A stretch of DNA of 64,000 nucleotides, taken from Catajapyx aquilonaris (lineage: Eukaryota). Under the pieces are notes generated by a model that was not told the origin of the DNA, did not search any database, and was given only the letters and a program-made list of their open reading frames with translations. The stretch's first letter is position 1. The number at the start of each line of letters is the position of its first letter. The stretch lies in contig KZ538321.1 in the NCBI GenBank assembly GCA_000934665.2, forward strand, positions 1-64,000, in the 5' to 3' direction. Both the position numbers and the translations under genes were made by a program. Below are positions 55,396-64,000 of this stretch, piece after piece.

Positions 55396-55819
55396 CAGGG
55401 TGTATCTGAACTCAGTGCCCCGACGTATATGACTACCTTTCTAGCCACCAGAGGATCGATTTAAGTATAGGAGTCATATGTCTGGGCAGCCTCATTACTG
55501 AGATACACTCTTTAGCGATTTTTGCCTAATCGCTCTTTCTGACTTTTAAATAGAATTTTCTGGTGTAACTAGCCAAAGAGGCCTTACCACCTGTGGGCAA
55601 CAAACCAAGAAAGTCCGGCCCCCAGACCTTCCAGAGCCTTCTGACTGGGGGAGGGTTCGATGGGTGGCCTAACCGACAGGATATTTTGTACTACATGTTT
55701 GCGGCCAATTATCTCCGTAATGAGGCTGCCCAGACATATGACTCCTATACTTAAATCGATCCTCTGGTGGCTAGGAAGGCAGTCATATACGTCGGGGCAC
55801 TGAGTTCAGATACACCCTG
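55396..55819. mobile_element. TA-flanked MITE with TIRs of about 110 bp (Tc1/mariner type)
   Basis: TA|CAGGGTGTATCTGAACTCAGTGCCCCGACG...CGTCGGGGCACTGAGTTCAGATACACCCTG|TA. Confidence 0.9.
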
Positions 55820-57309
55820 TATTTACAGTTTGCCTTTCACGACGTATGTTTGGAATAATAAAACTTCCCGTAAATAGCTTAGGATTACCATACGAGTGCT
55901 TTCCAAGGCCATCTTATCCTGTGAATTAGACAACATATGTGCCTCAATTGTGTTGCGTAATGCCGCAAATTTAGGGGTACCACTATTCAAACTCCCCCAC
56001 ACACTGCTGCATACATCGTTTCAACTTTCAAGCATAGTTATTTTGGATTTAGTGGTCATTTTTATTGCTCCTATAGTCTCACTCCAGACCAATAATCATA
56101 TCTTTCCGTACATACTGCATAACTGGTCCGTACGCGTAATACATGTTGATAATTATTTTGTAAACTTCAATATGATTCAATAAATTAACCACCGATTTTA
56201 TTTCCTTCCGAGTAATAATACTAATACTAATAATTATCATTTCATACAAGTCAAATTGACTGAAACTTGGTGTAATACAGTGAGGTAGAGGGTCGGCTTT
56301 GATGTGAACTCTGGTGAACACTGCGTGGGTCCCTTTGGCAAAAAGACAAGAATCAAGCGTAGAAGCAGCAGGGGCCCAGCTAAGCCGTGGGCTAAGCCCA
56401 TTAAAAAGCGCAGAGCAGGTTTGGGGAGGGACGATTTTCCGGCCCGGAGCTCACCCCCTGTCTTTGGCACTGTATACAGACCCCCTGAAAGGGCGCCTTT
56501 GGATCGGTGGCTGCTGCAGAGTAGGTGTCGCGGTTTTCATCCCAACACACCTCTCCCAATGGCCACCTCACCACAGCTGTTCTTTATTCCGAACCAGGCT
56601 GCTGCTGCTGTTTAAGGGACAGAATGGCCAGCTCTCTTTCATCCCTCAACCAAGGAAAAAGGGATAAGGCAAGAGTCTGATGCTTGGGTTCTTTTCACCC
56701 CACCTCCACGCTTGATACCAATCCTGATGCCCACCCTATTTCATGTTCCCCCCCTCTGACCATTCATATATACTGCAACTTTTTCTCCCCCACCCGAACC
56801 CCGTGCCCTAGCCCCCCCTCAATCCATGTGAAGCAGGCACTGAGCCTGTGCGAATGTAATCCCGGTCCAGAAGAGCGAAGCCCACTACATTCCTTGTTGC
56901 TTTATGGACACTAATTCGTACCTCTTGGAGGACCCACTTGTGTCTCTCTCGACCATATTCTAAGCCACTTGTCCATGTGTTTTCCTCAATCTCTCCCATA
57001 CTCTTCGTCTCAAATAATGCGACTATTCATGCACTGCTTAAGCCAGATGTCCTGTAACTGTGAACTATTTTGCCAAGTTCCAATGACAAGCTACAGAATA
57101 ATGGGTAAACCAGTTTTTCAATGGGAGTACTTAACGGAATTCTTGATTTTTTTTAAAGCGCTGTGCTACAGATTTTATGATCCTATACCTAGTACTTTAG
57201 TGATCCGGATTTAAGATCTTTTTTTCCTCAGATCCTTTACGGTACGTCATGAACGTTGTAACAGAAAAATGAAATTATTTGTAAGTTTATCATTGCTGCA
57301 GTAATAACT

Positions 57310-57424
57310 TATTTATCTACAATCAATTAAGAATAATTCTTAATTGATTGTAGATAAATAGGTAGCACCTGCGAGTGGCTGTAGTGAACAATTATTGTTC
57401 ACTGCATCCACTCGCAGGTGCTAC
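57310..57424. repeat. Two adjacent palindromes (51 bp perfect; 63 bp with 2 mismatches)
   Basis: 57310-57360 has 25-bp arms and a 1-nt spacer; 57362-57424 has 31-bp arms and a 1-nt spacer. Confidence 0.9.
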
Positions 57425-58936
57425 GTAATCAGCAAATGCTCCCTTAGGGCATATTTTATATTATTGCATATTAATTGGTATTTCCTTGTAACTGAGATGC
57501 AACATGCAAACCGCATAATGTATGATATTATATATCCAGTACCGGTATATTGATGTGTACTACACCCCGGCATCTCCCTGATTCTTTATGGAAAAACATA
57601 ATGTAAGTATTTATAGCACAGTTTTATCGTATTTAATCCAATCTTTCCATTATGTCACATACTGCATAGGTCTTTCAGTAAGTAAAATGCAAAACCGAAT
57701 ATGAGTATGCTCTGCAATACACTCGCAGTAACTAATTTCAATAACCTTGCGGGAAAGTGAAGGTCCTTTTTAGAAAATCACCATCATCAGATCATCGGAT
57801 AGCAACAGTTGATATCGCCGAGATTCATGTAGCTTGTTACATTATCAGGTCACAGGTTAAGGTCGATCAAACTCCACGTGCACTGCGGACATGGCTCCAG
57901 GTTCATTTAGAAGATTGGAGTCACACAACATCCGCTTGGGTCTTAATTTAAAATTATCTGATGAAAACGGAAGGAGTCCTTTCGGACCGCGCCCTCCTCA
58001 ATTGACTCATCAACTCTATTTTTTTCCCCTAGCGTGCTTACTAAACGTGCAATTAAACAGCGGCGCAACACAATCCAGCTAAGTTGCTTCAAGCAGAAAG
58101 GCGCACCCTCATTTTCAAATAGTCACTAAACTGTTGCGTTGGGCCTCATTCAGGTAATGCACACGAATTATGCATTCAGTAGTCTGAATTTGCCGCTTCT
58201 GCAGGAGAGAGCCTAATATTATTATTCAGTCTTACCTTTTGACCCAAGCACTATTAAAGGTCTTTCTGGCCTTGCAGATAACATATCCATATCAGTGTTT
58301 TTAGATATGATATTGTGGATGCAACATTTTGATAAGAAGGTCGATATCTATGCCGATGACGATTACTAAGATGTGTGGAAAGGTACCGTTTGTTACAAGT
58401 TAAAACCTGAAGAGCATTATTTTCTAATATACCAGTACATGTAAAGGCCTTAATTTAAAATCATACAAATAATATTACGGGATATGGGAGGTGAATCACG
58501 GGCATTACTCAAAATCTGGAACAGTTCTCAAGTGATGCACTTCATGTGTTCATGCACCTGGACCACCTAGTCCAGACTGATCGAATGGCAGCATTCACAT
58601 GTTTCGCCTTCTCGGGAATTTTCTGGTATGAAAAAGCCTTAGGAGTAACCTAAAGACGAAGGCATAGGTTTGGTGGCGAGAGTCCTCGACACACAGGCTT
58701 ATACAAAATCTAGTACGGTACGGTACTGGTACGGTTCGAAAAATCTTCATATTAACACGCTGCTTTTTGTAGTTTAGTAATCTCAAGCTATTTTGAATCA
58801 TAGGGCTAAGTTAATTTATGGGAGAAATTTATTAGATATTTTTATGGAAATTGATAGGCACCTTATAGGAACGCAATAATACAGTATAAGTCAGTAAAAT
58901 ACGCGCCTAATCTTTTGTGGCAATCAGCATATTTAA

Positions 58937-59228
58937 CCCTGGAACCGTGGCGTGGGGTCTTTTTGGACCCCAAGGAAAAAAGTGCATTAAAATTGATAAA
59001 TACAATGAACTTTTGCCATTTTTTTACAGTATATATAACAGGAAGTGCAGGTTTATTTTGAATTAGCGATCCTTTTAGGCATTGTTCAAAGTATGATTGT
59101 ATAATGTATATAGTCAATACATGGAAAAGTATTATATAATAATTAATAAAAATTAAAATATGGTGGGGTCCGAAAAGACCCCATGGCACGGTTGCCGTAA
59201 TACTCGTAGGCACGGCACGGTTCCAGGG
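58937..59228. mobile_element. piggyBac-type MITE
   Basis: TTAA|CCCTGGAACCGTG...CACGGTTCCAGGG|TTAA with internal GGGGTC...GACCCC subterminal repeats. Confidence 0.88.
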
Positions 59229-61339
59229 TTAAGTAGATCCAATGAGTTTTTATACACCTCTTATAGACTCGTGTGACGTGAGGACAAGAATATTGTAGAA
59301 ATAGGAGGAGATTATGCCATGATTACTGGTATTTGCGGTATATGGTGTATTACTTCATCACATATCAGTAAGTTGTGGGATGTGTGGATATTTATAGCCC
59401 CGTCAGTTAAACCTGCGTAATGTGGTTTATAGCTCAAATGAACTGTTGATTTCGTAATTAGCATAAATGAGCTTAGTTGTACTATTTGTAAATCAACAAC
59501 CGGTACGTCACTGTGACCCTTCTCATAATTAATTACTAATTGTTTCAGGTATATGGTAAGGGCTTACCTTCGTAGATTCTGGCACCTTGTTTATATTATT
59601 ATTTTTAGGAATAAAACTATTGATGTGACTGCATCACTTTTAGCAGCTAGAGATACTTTTTCAGCATTTGCCATTATTTCACCTTAAAGATTGAGATAAG
59701 AATCTTCAATAAGGAGTCGCGAGTGTATAAGCATAATACAGTACTTATGCGTTAATCCTGGTAATATTGACTAGTAGTAAAAATAATGTAGTCATAAACG
59801 AGAGTATATAGTCGAGTAATTAGGCATAGAGATAAGGTTAGCACTGATTAGGATAGTATGTGTACACTTAGAAATGTTATTAGCCCTATATACTGTAATG
59901 TGTAATCTATTACTCCATAGTGAACCTCGATAAAAAAGGACGTATTACAAATAGTGTGTAAGATGCGATGCAATGTTCTGTGGGTTTATATAGGCCTGGA
60001 GATTTGGTTACACAGTGGAATAATGTTTATTAAGAGTTATATGCTCAGTAATAATTTTGCCAAAACGTCATCGTCAGATCATTAGTGTCATATAGCACTT
60101 GATGGGTGTTTTTATTTGTCCTAAAATGACAGTACCGGTATATGTAAAACGAATTGTACCAGATGTATACTGGGCATTTTTCCAAAGCATAATTTTTGAG
60201 CCTACGTTCTAAAAAGTCACCACCAAAAACAATAATTGTATCTTGACAATCGAGCCACAAGAATGTAATTTAATCTCATCAGTGCGAGCCGCGAAGGGTG
60301 GCACTATTCGTACATTATCATGATTGTAACTCGTTTTCACGCATATTACTAAACCTGAATTAAAATTTTCGCAAATGTCCGCATAGAGTTTAATCAGTCT
60401 GTGGTCAATGCGTTGAGGCAGAAGATTTCCCACCGTTCTTTATTACTTTATTGCAGTTACTTTTCCTGGCATCTTTACAGGGTGTTCCAAATATCGGGGG
60501 TCTTTTTACTATCTGAACATTCGCCCAAAGCTGTTCATCTTAAATGCCCAATTATTCGCAGGTGAGGTCGAATGTAGCAGCCGGTGGGCGGGAGGAAGAG
60601 TTAAATCCTGATCTTTATCCCCTCCCCTACTCCAAAACGCTTATATCATTCTACCTAGACTTACTATAATTCATTCGAGAGAAATAATATTGCTGGATAT
60701 AATATTGCAAAGTATGGTAGGTATCATGGCTCGAAATATGCTTCCATGGACATGTTGTTGAGTCAAGTGGTAGTTAAAGATCTGTTCCGTCAAATAATGA
60801 CAATTGTGAATTTTGGGATGTATTTAAAAAAAATTACGGCCCAATTGTCCTTATACTATTTATATGAGGTAATACGTAACTCACTGCTATTTTCCTTGAT
60901 GCGACTGAGCGAGTGTAAGCTAGATTATGTGCCACACATTGTAAATGCCGAAGATACTGTAACAACAACAACAATAATGATAATAAATATAACCTACGAT
61001 GCCTTGCACACAAAGCCAAATGCTGAAAAGACCAATAAAGACATCTGAGGAAGACTTTTCTGATTACCTTGCATATAGATTGTTCATGAGAAGTTGTTAT
61101 TGATTGGCTCGAAGCGTGAGACAAAATGAAATGAGAACTCAGCTGTGTTTGTACAATCCAGCAGGTCAGATTCTCATCTGTTTCGAGTGAACTCGGTGTC
61201 CCTTTGACATATTTCTGCGAGCACGCACATTTTGTAGCCCTAAGATCACATAAGGGACTTTTTTTTTCTTCAAATGAACCAAGGTTCATGCAAAATAAAC
61301 AGCTGCTTTGGTTAATTAGATTTCTCACACACAGTATGC

Positions 61340-61500
61340 GGGGAGGCGAAGTGGCGCTGCGGTAACGTAAGTGTCCAAGGATGGAAGAGTCACTGGTTCC
61401 AGTCAAAACTATAGGGTGTTCCCCCCTTTCTTGCACGGAGTTAGGTCGTCTCGACTGCGCCTCGGGTAAGATTTCCGCTATAAACTAACCACTCGGAGGA
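61340..61500 (+). mobile_element. Degenerate SINE family B 5' part
   Basis: GGAGGCGAAGTGGCGCTGCGGTAACGTA matches the head of 20250-20220. Confidence 0.6.
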
Positions 61501-62974
61501 ACTCACCAAATGACCGAGATCAACTTTGCACTGGGACTTCCCTTCCCAGTCTGTTAAGAGTACTTCTATACCTTTGGAAAACTTGTTATCCTCCTCAGAA
61601 CTCCGGAATCACCGGTGATACCCCACAGGATCACTGCGATGGTGGACATGTTCTATTTTTTCCCAGGTTGCGGTTAGTAAGTATTTGATAGATTCGATAC
61701 ATGTTCCTCTACACAAATGCTATGCCTTTTTTTATTTTTCTGCAAAAGGAGCAACGCAATACTTAGACAACTGCTGACGGTTAAGAGACTGCCCGATTTG
61801 ACCTCGGGTCTGAGGGGAATACGTACACTACATTTCCAATGGTCGATGTAATTTACTGCCACAATATTACGCGATTCAGTAGACAATCACGTGATTCCTA
61901 CAGGTATAATGGTGGATGTTCACTCAGCAACTTTTTTTGCCCAAACTAAATTTGCATATAAAATTGAACCTCTAAAATTCGTGTGAAGGAAAATTAAGCG
62001 TCTTTGTGAACAGACCATGCAGAAGGTTATGTGAAATCCGGAGGATCCAAAAGGTACCGAAAGGCAAAAGTGCTGGCTGACTTGAGTATAGAGCTGACCC
62101 TCTACTGCATATTCGATATGCAATATGAGTATATGACCATTGCTATAATTATATTATATATTTTATAGGCTAGATTACTCGCATGCAGGCTCTATAAGTA
62201 TGTTTATACCAGAGTGGTGGCAAAGGTGTGCCCTTCCTGTGGGACCTGGGTTTATTGAGGATTCTTACTATATACAGCAGATGATTTTGGCGATTTCCGC
62301 TTTATTACGGAAATATTGCTTGTTATACTCGTACAGTACGTTTAGAAACGCCCTGTCATGCCCTCTATTCTGCGACGACCCGCCAAATACATGGGTCACA
62401 TAGCTAGTAGGATGATCCCGGATGATCCTTATTACCAGCGTGTCTAAGGAGTTTCTGAACGTAACAAACAATACGTCCGTAATGAACCTGAATTCGCCAA
62501 AGCTTGGCGAATTCAGCTTCATTAGTCTACGGACGTAATTATTCGGAATAATTAGTGTAATTTTTCCTCTGCAAAAACTTCATTACGAGGAAATAAGTAC
62601 GCAACGATGTAAAAAATGTTTTGTTTTTTATGGAAGTTAGCATTATAAATAATACAGGGTGACACTTTAGATTAAACCGGCATTTGACTGTAGATCATGA
62701 ATGTATGAGATAATTGAGGTAAAATGGTGCTAATATAAGCGCAAGGTACAGTTTATAGGGCATTCACAGGATTTATTTCTTTATTTTGCTATGCTGGAAG
62801 CTAAATTCTGGAGCAAAATGTGAATGTTTAAACGGTCCCATAAAGGTGATGTATAGAATACAATCATTGCAAGTTAATTCAATGAGCTGAGATATGAAGC
62901 TTGGAATGTTACTATTTAAACTTGCCACAGAGAAGGCACTGAGAAACGGTATAATTTTAATATTAATTTATGTA

Positions 62975-63147
62975 TCCGGAGTTGCTTCCGTAATTAATAG
63001 GCCACAGCCGCTTCCTTCCGTCCCTATCCTATCCCAAAAAGCGCAGTAAAATGAAAGCAAAGCGTTCCGGGCAAAACAAACTTCCCCCCTAAAGAGCCGA
63101 AAAAGGCGGATAACGGGGTATGAATTTATTTATTTATTATTTATTAT
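62975..63147 (+). mobile_element. 5'-truncated SINE family A
   Basis: Near-identical to 4262-4420; 15-bp TSD ATATTAATTTATGTA (62960-62974, 63148-63162). Confidence 0.88.
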
Positions 63148-64000
63148 ATATTAATTTATGTAGAAATGAGCGAGTTGACTCAAATCTTTTCGAGCGGTCC
63201 CATAATTATACAGTGCCGTATATAATTGTTCACAAAAAAATGCGACCAAAAATATTCTGCTGTAACAGCCCTATAGTGGTCGTTCAATACCCAGTCAATA
63301 TAACAGTCCTTCAATTTTGACTAAAAATTTGGCTCCATTTATTATTGCCATAAAAATTTCCCAAAGCAAAATAAGCGTCCTATTTCATATACATCTTAAT
63401 TAATAGTATATTTTAGTGGCTACCAGGTACCTTCTTTCATGTTTAACAATCAGGCGACATCCCATTGTGTGAGAAAAGTGACCACAGGACTGCGACGAAC
63501 ACGAAATCAGAACCCATTGATGCATCAGTATTAAATTGTCTGTGGTGCTCCTTATGTGGCGCTGTAAATTGCCTGATTTCTTTTGTAATGTTTTCTCTCA
63601 GTGAGAAAATATTGTAAGACGTTTATTATGGAACATGCTTTCCTCAAGACTGCTAAAAATAAATAAATCAGAAGATAACCGTTCAGGTGGCAGTGGCGTC
63701 GTATGCCCAATGATTCTAGGGGATATCACTTGATTCTCTAAGAAACATGGATTTTTCTGAAATATTGCGCCCGTCAAATATTTCTAAAATGTTCTATATG
63801 ATTGTAACTTGATATGAACCGGTAGCAGCAGGGAGTTTCCGTAAAAGCCACAGTCTGATGTCTTGTAGGCATATACCACGTATACATAATGCAATAATAA
63901 TATTTAAGTCACGATCTGTGAATGAAGGCCACGGGAGACTGTGAGAGATATGAACAAGGCAACTGACGCATAGCACGACTTGATGTGAAGTGCACTTCAA

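Noticed and set aside
60834..61436. 200-aa minus-strand ORF
   Set aside because: No recognisable motif, and it overlaps a degenerate SINE; probably chance, though an old retroelement relic cannot be excluded.

Overview
Eukaryotic genomic DNA, probably from an arthropod/insect (inferred from the vnd-like homeodomain and the repeat types), from a draft assembly with N gaps at G/C homopolymers. Three intron-containing protein-coding genes can be assembled by hand with consistent GT-AG phases. (1) The last two coding exons of TMEM50 (+, 2808-3913). (2) A complete 12-exon protein O-mannosyltransferase 2 (POMT2/twisted; -, 4520-22152, 746 aa), convergent with TMEM50. (3) A 4-exon NK2.2/vnd homeobox gene (-, 46713-52917, about 402 aa) with TN/eh1 motif, homeodomain and NK2-specific domain, flanked by about 24 kb and 11 kb of gene-poor sequence. 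The rest is dense with small mobile elements: two tRNA-derived SINE families with target-site duplications (TSDs), hAT, Tc1/mariner, PIF/Harbinger and piggyBac-type MITEs, a Helitron-like element, and decayed Tc1, mariner and hAT transposase fragments. Most other ORFs in the supplied track look spurious. The best novelty candidates are a possible UGA-C stop-codon readthrough extension of vnd, back-to-back near-spacerless palindromes, three unrelated foldback elements sharing a CTNAG target, and an apparent excess of footprint-like motifs (TACAGTA/TACTGTA, TAGGCCTA). I found no prokaryotic-type system such as CRISPR or an operon.
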